Source: Octopus vulgaris (lineage: Eukaryota). Taken from it: 64,000 bases of DNA. The position numbers were made by a program, and so were the translations under genes. The stretch's first letter is position 1, and each line of letters begins with the position of its first letter. The DNA lies in NCBI GenBank assembly GCA_951406725.2, contig OX597827.1, positions 41,540,001 to 41,604,000 on the forward strand, in the 5' to 3' direction. Under the pieces are notes generated by a model that saw only the letters and a list, made by a program, of their open reading frames with translations, was not told the origin of the DNA and did no database searches. Positions 14,074 through 26,803 of this stretch are shown here, in pieces.

Positions 14074-14817
14074 CACATATATATATATATATACACACAA
14101 ACAAGCTTGCATATACACACAAGCACACATAAACTCACACAGGCGCACACATGAAACATACCTTCATACACACAAGCATCCGCGCGCACACACGTGTATG
14201 TATGCAGTGAGAATCTCTGATATGCATATGCACAAACAAATCCATTTTTACATATCTTTAACTTCATTATTTGAAAAAAAAAATCTTTACACAGATACGT
14301 CAGAATTTCGTTATTAAAGAAAATATCAACTGACAGAAATAACATTTAGCAAACTACAGGAATTCGATATTATTCAGAAATGGTTTCCGTTCTGCTACTT
14401 CTGGTTATGGCAATTATGTATATGTGCATATATGTATGAATGCACGCGTTTTGAGATATTAGCAGGCGTATCATGCCTGTCTGTCTGTCTGTCTGCATGT
14501 ATGTATGTACGTGCGTACGTATGTATGTATGTATGTATGTATGTATGTATGTATGTGTGCATGTATGTTGCATACGTACACATACTCACATCGTCATCTA
14601 TCCTCACAAATTTAAAGATATACATACACACATACACACACACGCAAACACACACACACACATACACACACACACACATATATAGGTAATTATATATGTA
14701 AGGAAATAATACATACATAGATACATACATATATATGTATGTATGTATATATATATATATGTTTATACATACATACATACATACATACATACATACATAC
14801 ATACATACATACATACG

Positions 14818-14902
<85 letters not shown>

Positions 14903-15139
14903 ATATATATATTTATGTATATATATGGTGTATGTTCTAGTTGCAGCGAATTAATAACTCGAAATGTGTTATAAACTACGATGTTATTGTGTATTTCGCA
15001 GAAAGAACTCAACGAAAGAAAACAGAGCTCAGTTCGGCAGGTGGAGAGTGTATAACTCTCTCTTTCTCTCTCTCTTTCTCTCTCTCTCTCATACACACAC
15101 ACACACACACATATATATATACATACATACATACATACA

Positions 15140-15223
<84 letters not shown>

Positions 15224-15362
15224 CATGAATATATATGTGTGTGTAAATGTGTTTGCTATATATAATACACATGTTATATATGGTTGTTTAAATATTTACA
15301 CGCATATTCTTTTACACAATTGCAATCTGTTTACGTACGCGCAAAGATACATATACATTACA

Positions 15363-15446
<84 letters not shown>

Positions 15447-15745
15447 AATCTATCTATTTACATCGACATTTATTCTCCTCTCTTATTTCCCGCCATCACT
15501 TTGCAATTTCCGCTTTCGCAAATGTGTTTTGTATGTATGCATAAGTGTTTGCATAGATAGACACCGACACACCCACATACATACATACATACATACATAC
15601 ATACATACATACATACATACATACATACATACATACATACTTACATACATACATAATACATACATATATATACTTACGTATATGCAAAAAAATATGCATG
15701 CATATATATTATATATGCCAATGTATATATATATGTGTGTGTATG

Positions 15746-15799
<54 letters not shown>

Positions 15800-15985
15800 T
15801 ATATTTATATATATTCATATATATTTATATATATATGTATATATGTATAAATATACACACATACATATATATTTATACATATATGTATATATATGTATAT
15901 ATATGTATATACATATACATATATATACATTATATATATATATATACATACACTTACGCATACATGTATATGTATATTTATATGT

Positions 15986-16093
<108 letters not shown>

Positions 16094-16819
16094 TGTCGCA
16101 CTCTAGCACCATAAATGGAATTTACTGTGTACAAATATTTCGGGATAAAGTACGTATTTTCCTTAACTGTGTTTAAATTTGACTCCATTTTACCGATGCG
16201 TTTTTAGAAGCTTCCATTTTCAGTCAGTTAAGAAGCCAAGCGCTGCAACTGACTGATGGCTGCGCTTGAGATGTCCAGGTAGCGATTCATATAGCACACA
16301 GACTCTCTCCCTCTCTCTTTTTCCTCACACTCACACAAACACACACACACACACGCATGCACACGCACGCACGTACACACATCATGTACACACATACACA
16401 CACACATATACGCATGCACTCACATATTCGCGTATGTTTAATAAATGTACATTTAAACTCACTGTACAAATAAAACCACTGGTTAAATGCCATCGGCTTT
16501 CTCTCTTTCTCTCCTATCTCTCCCAATGCATATATGCATATATCCATGCATATCTATTTATCTTATGTGTATCATATACATGTATATGTATATATACGTA
16601 TACATATACGTATATATATACGTATGTATATATATATATATTTTTTTTTCTCTCCTTGTTTTTTTCTGTGTATCTTTTTGTCGAAGTGCGTAGGCTCGAA
16701 ACATAAAAGACTTTTTCTATTTCTATTCCTCAGCGCTATACTAATACATTTGTTTGTTTGTACTCCACCTGCCTTCGGATATTTTCGTAAACTTTCCCTT
16801 TATATATGTATATATATAT

Positions 16820-16885
16820 ATATCTCACTTTCTGTCTCTCTCTCCTTCTCCCTCTCTTTCTCTCTTTGTATACATAGATAAATGT

Positions 16886-16930
<45 letters not shown>

Positions 16931-16985
16931 CATACACATGTATACATATAATATATATATATATATGTGTGTGTGTATATATACG

Positions 16986-17017
<32 letters not shown>

Positions 17018-17142
17018 TATATATATATTATATGTATAAATGTGTATGTATATATATATGTGTGTGTGTGTGTATATACATCTATCTATATATACAAAGA
17101 GAGAAAGAGAGGGAGAAGGAGAGAGAGACAGAGAGTGAGATA
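16820..17142. repeat. ~165 bp-arm inverted duplication of mixed microsatellite sequence
   Basis: TCTCACTTTCTGTCTCTCTCTCCTTCTCCCTCTCTTTCTCTCTTTGTATA is mirrored by TATACAAAGAGAGAAAGAGAGGGAGAAGGAGAGAGAGACAGAGAGTGAGA. Confidence 0.85.
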
Positions 17143-17493
17143 GAGAGAGAGTGGGAGAGACAGAAAGAGAGTGGCGGTTAGTATGTTTTAACCACGGGGT
17201 GTATTTATACAGCGAGGCTAAATGTATATTTACTGACATTAAGCAGCTAAATTCATTTAAAGCTCCGTAATTAAGTCAATAAACACACACACAGACAAAC
17301 TCATGCACACACACAAACACACACACACACAGACAAACACACACACAGACAAATACACACAGTTACCCACTTGCGTGCTCGCACACTACACACACACAGA
17401 GTATTACAATGCATTATTACATATGTGTGTATAAATGTATGTATAGACATAAACACGCATGCACACCTATAGGGGATATCAATCTCTGCCATC

Positions 17494-17580
<87 letters not shown>

Positions 17581-17759
17581 CCCATGCCCCTCTCTATTTG
17601 ACTATCTGTCTACCTGCGCCACCTGCCTCCTGCTTTAGTAATATGTATACTAGGTATATGTTGGTATACATTAGTTGTTCGAATTCGAAGTTTACTTTGG
17701 CTGTCATTTATATTAACAACTCTTGAAAATTTTCCGGGGAAATATACATGCCTACAGGA

Positions 17760-18670
17760 TCTTTACTTTTACCTTCACTTTTTGAAATTTTAGAATTAAG
17801 TGAAATTTTTACATGTTTGGTATACTGATGTAATTTTTCAAGTTGAATCTGACGACGCTGTTCATTTGTTTCAGAAGAGTTGTTTTTTTTTGAAAATTAC
17901 AGAAGTTTAAAGTTTGATAATTTTTATCCATTCAGAAAACGGGATTTTGGAAGCTGTCATTTTGTACGTGACAACATGATAACTAAACTATCGTGAGATT
18001 ACGACAGGAAAACATTCAATGACGGAAGTTCTAATAAGTTTCAAGCGACATTTAATTAGTTTTTAATGCGAAAAATGACCAAGAAAATAAAAAAAAATTT
18101 AATAAGATATTTTGTAGCGAAATCGGGAAATTACGAAATAAACAAAAATGAACAAAAAAAAAAAAAAACAACAACAAAAAAAACAAAAACTGTATTTCAG
18201 TGTGTAAATACAGCACGAATAGCAAAAATTCAAAAACAAAAGTTTGCGATGCACTTTAGGATTTTGTCAAATAAATTGCTATTTTCGTATCTTCTGCGTC
18301 ACATAAACTCGCAGAGATACGAACCAACGTTGGGTGCCACAGCGTCGTTTATTACTTCACTTATCAGAGGTCTATATGCTTTCCACTTGTTGCATGTGGG
18401 TACCATCTTACGAGATAATTAACTTAACGCTGAGTACGCAGGTTACAGAACAACCTGGCTTGTTATGGAAACAGACACCCATATATCTGTGGATTTCGGT
18501 TGGTGAAAATTACCAAAAATTTGAAAACTTTAAAAGCTATCAAATTTTTATTTATTAGTTTGTCGCATAAAATGAATTTCATTCCCGTTATTAGCATACA
18601 AAACTACATCAATACACCAAATCTGAAATCAAATAGAGCAAAATTAAGGAGGTGAAAAGTGAAAGGCAAA
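17760..18670. mobile_element. Old DNA-transposon/MITE remnant with long degenerate TIRs
   Basis: TTTACTTTTACCTTC and TTTGGTATACTGATGTAATTTT (17762-17840) are inversely matched by AAAACTACATCAATACACCAAA and GGAGGTGAAAAGTGAAAGG (18600-18667). Confidence 0.45.
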
Positions 18671-18749
18671 CCAAAAAGATGTCACCTATATATTTTGCCC
18701 TCATTAACCATTGCACAGTACGAACGCAGGCATGTGCGCGCGCGCGCAC

Positions 18750-18782
<33 letters not shown>

Positions 18783-18811
18783 TAAACATACATGTATATA
18801 TAGATAGATAT

Positions 18812-19100
18812 ATCACGTACTTTCCCGTCGTTAAACGGCGTATGAGGGTTCGGCAATTTCTTGCCGAACAATCACACAGATAATTTGCTTATAGCCAATA
18901 AATGTTTGTGTACACATAAGCTCAGTTCCTCCATCAAATCGACATCAAAACAAAAACAATTGCAGCGTGGAAGGTGTTTATAAGCCATTTAAAAATTCAC
19001 AATAACTGTTAGATTCACTTCAACATTTAAACTTAATTTGTCAAAATATTTTCGTCGCTTTGAAACCGCGAGCTGTTCACTGACAAAATTGCGTGCTGAA
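18812..19100 (-). mobile_element. PLE-like terminal fragment carrying a variant hammerhead
   Basis: 18860-18940 is homologous to 45890-45980; contains the 19038-19086 motif. Confidence 0.55.
19038..19086 (-). ncRNA. Minimal type I hammerhead with swapped G3:C8 core
   Basis: Minus strand TTGTCA-GTGAACA-G(C)TCGC-loop-GCGAC-GAAAATATTT-TGACAA; perfect 6-bp stem I; palindromic AATATT stem III. Confidence 0.7.
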
Positions 19101-19765
19101 TATACATGAGTGGAGTAAAAATAATAATAAAAAAATGTAGAAATTGAAAATGCCTGAGAACTAAAATGTTGCTATGTTTTATAACTAGAAAAATGCTAAA
19201 TTTTCGCTGAGATCAATCTAGGACATTTACTCCCTCAAGCCCCCTAAACTTCGAAAGTGGGGGATTTTTGTGAACTTTTAAAAATAGTGGAGTTTGTGGG
19301 GTTTGTGGGAGTAAAAGCCCTCGACTCATCTAAGCGAAAATTTAGCATTCTTCTAGTAATAATATATAGCAAGATTTTAGGCCCCAGGAATATTCAATTT
19401 CCACAATTCTTTATTTTCATTCCACCCTAGATTACACAATGTATATAACCGCACACACATACATGTGTGTTAGGGTGCAGTGAAAATAAAGAATTAAATA
19501 TGCCCGCGGCCTAAGATATTGCTATATATTATTAATAGAAAAATGCTAAAGTTTCGCTTTGCTCAGTCAAGGATATTTACTCCCTCAACCCTCCAAACTC
19601 CGCTATTGTAAAAGGTTTGCCCCCTCCCCTATTTTCGGAGTTTAGGGGGTTTGGGGGAGTAAATACCCTTGATTGATCTTATCGAAAATTTAGCATTTTC
19701 CTACCAATTAAATATAATAATATTTTGGTTCTCAAGCATTTTCAAGTTCTACAATTTTTTATTTT

Positions 19766-19770
<5 letters not shown>
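19100..19770. mobile_element. Two hairpin elements in inverted orientation (four homologous arms)
   Basis: The motif AGAAAAATGCTAAA.TTTCG..TTTACTCCC occurs at 19188 and 19537, with reverse complements at ~19310-19355 and ~19655-19702. Confidence 0.75.
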
Positions 19771-19851
<81 letters not shown>

Positions 19852-19910
19852 ATATATATACATATATATACACACATCACACATATATGTATATGCATAT
19901 ATATCTCTTT

Positions 19911-20293
19911 TACTCTCTTTTACTTGTTTTTACTTGTTTCATGACTGTGGCCATGCTAGAGCACCGCCTTTAGTCGAGCAAATCGACTACAGGACTTATT
20001 CTTTGTAAGCCTAGTACTTATTCTATCGGTCTCCCTTGCCGAACCGCTAAGTTACGGGAACGTAAACACACCAGCATCGGTTTTCAAGTGACGTTGGGGG
20101 GACAAACACATACACACAAACATATATATATATATATATACATATATAAAACGGGCTTCTGTCAGTTTCCGTCTACCAAATCCACTCACGAGGCTATTGT
20201 AGAAGACACTTGCCCAAGGTACCACGCAGTGGGAGTGAACCCGGAACCATGTGCTTGGTAAGCAAGCTACTTACCCCACAGCCACTTCTGCGC
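19911..20293 (-). mobile_element. SINE family B
   Basis: Reverse-complement homologue of 5922-6300. Confidence 0.9.
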
Positions 20294-20609
20294 TTGTTGA
20301 AAGAAAATTGAAAAAATTTGGATTGAACAAGAAAGAATACGGCTGGACATTTATTTTCAATCACTACAATTGTTTCTACGCAACTTAGTTCCCCAGGCAT
20401 GCAGGTACTTGATTATGCAACTGCTTTCCTGCATTATTTGAACTAGTTGTGTTTCCTCAGGCGATATGCAAATATTGTCTCCGTAAGTTCAAATTCTCGT
20501 CTTCAAGACCATCCTCTACGTCTGTCGTGGCCTGGAGTTAGTAGTAGCCACTGAGTTTATATATATTTATGTGTATATTTGTGTCTGTGTGTATAAAATA
20601 CTATCTTCA

Positions 20610-20860
20610 AAACTTTGGCTCAAGGCCAGCAAGTTCGTGTGAGAAGGCAAGTCGATTACATCAGCTTCAGTGCTCAACTGGTACTTATTTTATCGACCCC
20701 GAAATATATATACATATATACGACGGGCCTCTTTAAATTTCCGCCTACCAAATCTGCTGGCAAGGCTCCGGTCGATAAGAGGCTATAGTAGAAGACACTT
20801 GTCCAAGGTGTCACGCAGTGGGACTGAAACCGCAAGCATGCGGTTGAAAAGCAAGCGTCT
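20610..20860 (-). mobile_element. Fused SINE C fragment (20610-20704) and SINE B fragment (20717-20860)
   Basis: AAGTCGATTACATC..ACTGGTACTTATTTTATCGACCCCGAAA followed by GGCTATAGTAGAAGACACTTG..GCAGTGGGACTGAA. Confidence 0.75.
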
Positions 20861-21246
20861 TAAGACCTGTTTTTAAGAGAATTTTCCTTCTTCTGTTTAG
20901 CAATATTCTCATCACTTCTAGAGTTTCTCTAATTCTGTAATAAGTTCCGATAAATTAATTTGTCCTGTTTATAGCCTATTTTCGTGTATTTAATCGATTC
21001 AGATCATAAGCTCTCGGGATTAGATGCACGTACGTAATTGCAAAAATACTTTGATATAAATTACTGTCCTTATATTCAAATAAATTCTCTATTTTTAACA
21101 CTATATTAAAAGATGAAATACTCAATATTGACCTTTTCTCTAAATATGTTATTCAACGGCCCTATTTTCAAAATTTACACTCGCTCTTTAATTTTAAATT
21201 TTAAGAAAATTTCTAACCATTGAGCTGTTTACTTTATCTAAATATA

Positions 21247-21418
21247 TTATTTAATGGCCACCCGCCTTCTTCTTGAATCCCTTCCACTCATTCTCCCAAC
21301 CCTTTTAATTTTCTGTTTCTTTTCTGTTCTCTTAAAGTTCTTTCTTTCTAATTTCGTTGATTTTTCTCCTAAGTTGTGAAGAATTCAAAGAAAAATTAAA
21401 CAAGACTATAAAATTATA

Positions 21419-21476
<58 letters not shown>

Positions 21477-21811
21477 TACAAATATTAAAGCCTCTATTCT
21501 CGAAGCGTTGAGTTCTTTATTTGGTTTGTGTCTGTTCTTTTCTTTTTGTTATGTATCGACGTGGGTGTTTTATGATGTGATATTATTCAGTGTAAAACGA
21601 GATGAAACGCTTTGATCTATCCGCTATTTAATGGAATGACTTCATCAAAGTTAGAAAATACGAATTCGGTTAACTTACCCTGAAGTTTTTTTTTCAAAAG
21701 ATGAAATATCTTTATTATTTTTCTATGTTCTTGGAACTTTTCAAAATGTCTACATTTGCTGTTAATTTCAGATCTAATGTTTAAATAATCCGTTTGCACT
21801 TGAGATCGTTT
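21247..21811 (-). CDS. Possible two terminal coding exons (about 21811-21679 and 21368-21247) of an unidentified basic protein
   Basis: CAG G|GTAAGT donor at 21678; pyrimidine-rich TAG acceptor at 21369; the splice keeps frame (..KKKLQG EKSTKLERKNFKRTEKKQKIK..VAIK*). No recognisable homology. Confidence 0.25.
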
Positions 21812-22349
21812 CTTTCAGAAATACACATGATTAAAGTTGTAACGTCATTACCTGATTAAAGGGAATGAATATAAAAAAACACTTCTGGAAAATATTGACA
21901 AATGCTACTGTGAAAGGCCGCAGCTAAGCAGAAGTCAACATTTCTCTCCAAATTAATAAGAAGTAAGAACATTTATGGTGAACTACTTTGAAACTTAAAA
22001 CTTGTCTACTCAGATAGAAATTATTATTTAGACACGCGTGTCTATGTTAATAAGGTTTTAACTATATCTGGGGTTTTCAATTAAGGAAATGGTATTTTAG
22101 CATATAGTGTGTAAATTCATTATAGCTGCAAAAATGGTCATAGCTTGCCTAAAATTCGACGTGTACATGTAATCTTTACATGTAGTTGTATAACTCCGAT
22201 GACGGAGATATTCTTCTCACTCAAGCACCAATTCTTTCTTGTAGAATAATTTCAAAAATTACGACAAACATACATATATATGTGCATATGTATATATATA
22301 TGTATATATGTATTCATGTATGTATATACATATGAATGCATACACATAC

Positions 22350-22391
<42 letters not shown>

Positions 22392-22424
22392 GAAAGAATG
22401 GAGTTGAACAGCGATTTAACAAAA

Positions 22425-22523
22425 TTCCTTTATTCTCGACATATGTTTCGAAGGCTGCATATTCCTAATTTCGAAGGAATAAGGGGTGTATTATGCCGCC
22501 TTCTCATCAGGAAAAACAAGGAA
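22425..22523 (-). ncRNA. Type I hammerhead ribozyme (mirror copy)
   Basis: Reverse complement of 22646-22744 with intact core. Confidence 0.85.
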
Positions 22524-22645
22524 CTTATGACAGCATCAAGATGAACAAAAGCTCTTAGATGACTGCCCACACGGAGCCCATATCGCTATGAGCTCCGTGT
22601 GGGCAGTCATCTAAGAGCTTTTGTTCATCTTGATGCTGACATAAG

Positions 22646-22744
22646 TTCCTTGTTTTTCCTGATGAGAAGGCGGCATAATGCACCCCTTATTCCTTCGAAA
22701 TTAGGAATATGCAGCCTTCGAAACATATGTCGAGAATAAAGGAA
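22646..22744 (+). ncRNA. Type I hammerhead ribozyme
   Basis: TTCCTTGTTTTTC-CTGATGA-GAAGGCGGCATA...TATGCAGCCTTC-GAAAC-ATAT-GTC-GAGAATAAAGGAA; predicted cut after 22731. Confidence 0.9.
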
Positions 22745-22929
22745 TTTTGTTAAATCGTCGTTCAACTCCATTCTTTCATTTATTTGTATTAAAAAACACA
22801 CAAATTTCCACACGAAAGCACGTGATCTCTGCCCTTGGCATGTAGCTTCAACCGTGTCTTTCTGACGTGAATTTGCTACACAGGTATCGGTTAACCGAAT
22901 TATCCATACTAAGATAATTCATTCAACTA

Positions 22930-22998
<69 letters not shown>

Positions 22999-23736
22999 GT
23001 ACAGGAATATATATACATATATATACAAATGCTATATTAACGTTATTATTTGAAGTTCAACAATAACAACAGAACATTTGCTAATGGGGCAACTCACACA
23101 CTCACATATATACATATACATACATATATATACATACATACATACATACATGCATACACTTATTCATAAACACACATGCACACGTACACGCACATTTATG
23201 TTTACGCACATTTATACACAAATACACGCACACACACATATATACATATGTACATCCATACACGCACGTACACACCTAGACACACACCTACACGCACACG
23301 TTAATATCTTATATATACTTCCTGTACAACCAAAACTTATACAACGAGGCATTGCTGTTTATTTGACCAATGGTTTATATTCCGTTAGAAAGGAAAAGCC
23401 GAACGAAATCCCATAAACACATTCAAACACACAAATGCAGACACATACTTAGACAGATTCATAGAATTCACACATTTCTTTGCATACGCAGAGGAATGTG
23501 TGCGCATGCGCACACGTATACGAATATACATAAATTTATTTATGTATTTATTTCTATCTGTAAATGTTTTTAATGATTTTTACCTTCAAAACAGTTACAT
23601 AGATATATTGATCGGTGGAGAGGTTGATAGGCATACAGTTGATTGTTAGTTAGGTAGATAGAGAGATCGCTTTATAGATAGGTAGATAGATTAGCGAGAA
23701 TGAATGATTGAGAGAAAGTAAGTTCGGTAAATTTAC

Positions 23737-23805
<69 letters not shown>

Positions 23806-23970
23806 TGTATGTATGTGTGTGTGAATGCGTGTGTGTGTATATGTATGTGTGTGAGTGTGTGTCTGTGTGTAACTATATGTATGATTGTGTTTCAGTGTCT
23901 CTGTATGTGTGTGCGTGTGTGCGTGTGTGTGTGTATATATATACATACATATGTATATGTAAGCATACAA

Positions 23971-24094
<124 letters not shown>

Positions 24095-25105
24095 GTATGT
24101 ATGTATGTCTGTAATTGATGCAAAATATCTTATAGTGTGTGTGCTTTTTATATTCACGTTTGAAGATTGGTTTTACAGATGATGCTGGCGGCCATATTGT
24201 ACAAAGTATTGGATGGAAGATATTGCGATGTATACGGTGTACTTGTATGAAATAAAAATGAATAAATAAATAAAAACGAAGAGCGATATACTGGTGACGG
24301 CAACGGCTGGATCAAAGAAAACGGTTGTCGTGGTGAAACAGTGTATTAGCGCTGGTGATAGTGACGAATAGTGATGGTAATGGTTGTGATTTTGGTAGAG
24401 AGTGGCGGCGTTCGAGGCAGCCATATTGTAATCGCTCTGTATATTGGTTGAGAGAACGCTATATTGAGACGGCGCTGGTTAGGTGGATAAAGTAAATTAT
24501 TGCAAACGATGACATGATCGTTGGTGATGCTACTGGTAGTGGCTATCTTGTTTCTGAGGTTTTTAGTATAAGTTGTAGCTGCTGTAGTTGTTGTTGTTGT
24601 TGGTTAGATATGGTGTTGTTGTAGGACATTTAATTCCTCTTTGAATTTCTCCTGAAATTGAATGTATAAAGCAGAAGAGATTGCGCACGAGCATGAATGT
24701 GTGTGTGTGTCTGCGTATTCATGTGAATGTGAACGTGTGTGTGTGTATGTGCGAATGTGCATGTGTGAATGTAAATGTGATTTTACATGCGCGAGCGTGC
24801 GCGTGTGAGTATGCGTATTTGCATTCGTATGTGCGTGAGTATGTGCGTGTGTGTATGTGTGCAGAGCAAAGAAATAAAATTTAATTCCCAAAACGGTCGC
24901 TGTTTAGCGAGTGAACGCTCGAACTTCTTGAGATAGGAATCAAGTTAACTGTTCAATGATAATATTTAATGATGTTGATAATGATGAGGATACTCCTCCT
25001 CCTTCCCCTCCTTCCCTCCCCTCGTTTCCCCCCTCCCCTCACCCCTCATCTCCCATTCTCCCTTCATCCCCTCCACCACTCTCCTCCATCCCTCCCCTCC
25101 ACCAA

Positions 25106-25552
25106 TACACACACATATAGAATTTAAGGCCAATAGGCCGGATATAGTGGTCAGAGATCACCAAGAATAAAAAAAATGCTTTCTAATCGATGTATAAAAA
25201 GAAACGGATAAACTTTCAAAATACAAAGATCTGGAAATAGAGGTCACTCGAATGTGGAGTCTGAAAACAGAAACAATTCCTTTTATAGTGGGCGCATCAG
25301 GTATGATAAAAAATTATTCAGACAAGTACATAACAAAAACACCAGGACTAACAGGTGTATATCGCATACAGAAAGTAACACTATTAGGCACCACGCACAT
25401 CCTACGTAAAACACTTTGAATACAGTGAAAATGAGAGCATCACAACAAACCACAGCACACACCCAAGGTATACAGAGCTGCGCTCCGTAGTGCAGTCAAA
25501 GCACGTGAAAAATATAAGACTACTGCATTATGATAATAATAATAATAATAAC
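25106..25552 (+). pseudogene. R4/Dong-type non-LTR retrotransposon 3' end (restriction-like endonuclease domain)
   Basis: KANRPDIVVRDHQE*KKCFLIDV / KETDKLSKYKDLEIEVTRMWSLKTETIPFIVGASGMIK..IQKVTLLGTTHILRKTL*; ends in a (TAA)n tail. Confidence 0.85.
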
Positions 25553-25555
25553 AAT

Positions 25556-25767
25556 TCTTTCTACTACAGGCACAAAGCCTGAAATTTTGGGGAGGGTCTA
25601 GTCGATTACATCGACTTCAGTGTTTCACTGGTACATAATTTACTGACCCCAAAAGGATGAAAGGAAAAGTCAACCATAGCGGAATTTGTTGTCAAAACGT
25701 AAAGACGGATGAAATACTGCTGAGTATTTCGCCCGGCTTCCTAACGATTCTGTCAGCTCGTCGTCTT
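25556..25767 (-). mobile_element. SINE family C
   Basis: Homologous to 43305-43517 and 35598-35829. Confidence 0.8.
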
Positions 25768-25772
25768 AATAC

Positions 25773-25852
<80 letters not shown>

Positions 25853-26354
25853 ATATATATTTTTTTTTTTATATAAATTTTCATCTGTCCTGCCCGCCAA
25901 ATTTGGTTCTAGTGTTCGCTGAATTTTTCCTCTAGAGAATTCCTTTGTAGTTTGATCGTTGATGATCTGTTTCTAGCATACGGCTGACTTCCTAGCAGTC
26001 AAGCCCTGCCAATATACACATATATTAGAATTTTCTCTGACTTCTCAGATTTTTTGTATGCTAGACTACTGATTTTAAATTGATATTAAAATTAATATTA
26101 ATTTATCTCCCTCATTATTTATATATATATATAATAACAAATTAATAAATAAAACATATGCATATATAAATACATATATGTACGTACCTACATCTACATG
26201 TATATATACATGCATATATGGGTACAGGGCACCAAAAAAAAAAAAAACGTCGAACATAATGAGAAACGAAAACATAAACACAAAGCCAAGGAAATGGACA
26301 TTTTTCTTAAACAACGAAAAAATAGAGTACAGGACATACAACACAAGGAAAATT

Positions 26355-26483
26355 CCCCTTCTTCAGTCGCCTCTGTTTCATCTACTCCGCGTTTCGAAGG
26401 TCAAGGCGAGACACGACTTCGTTGAAACATTCCTTCCCGCAAAAAGCAAATTAAATAAAATTTGCGATTTTATTGCGGAGGGG
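26355..26483 (-). ncRNA. Non-circularly permuted hammerhead-like ribozyme (mirror copy, all core nucleotides intact)
   Basis: GTC (26412-10), GAAA (26395-92), CTGAAGA (26366-60); stem I TCGCCT/AGGCGA is perfect; CCCCT/AGGGG closing helix. Confidence 0.75.
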
Positions 26484-26803
26484 TAAAAATGGCAGCAAAA
26501 ACAGGACAGTAAAGACAGTACAACCATTCCCTTTTTTTCTCTCCCTTTCTCTTGCTCCTCCTCCTCCCTCCCGTCGTTGCCCGGTGACGAGAGCTCTGCT
26601 ACTGTCTTTCTGACCTGGCTTCCTTCAAGTGTGGATGGCTTTCCTGTCTCTCTCTTGCCGTCCTCAAAACCGTTCATAATATTTTTTCTTTCGTTCTGGC
26701 TTAACAGCTCTCAATGTTTGTGTTACTGGTATTCTCCTTGTCCTGTTCTTTACTGTTTATATTTTGTACTGTCTTTACTGTCCTGTTTTTGTTACCATTT
26801 TTA

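Larger units (their letters stand above)
22381..22932. mobile_element. PLE terminal-repeat palindrome: ~200 bp near-perfect arms plus ~145 bp tail
   Basis: 22381-22581 is the reverse complement of 22587-22788; (TA)n on both sides; homologous to 44561-44715, 45647-45810 and 63380-63690. Confidence 0.85.
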
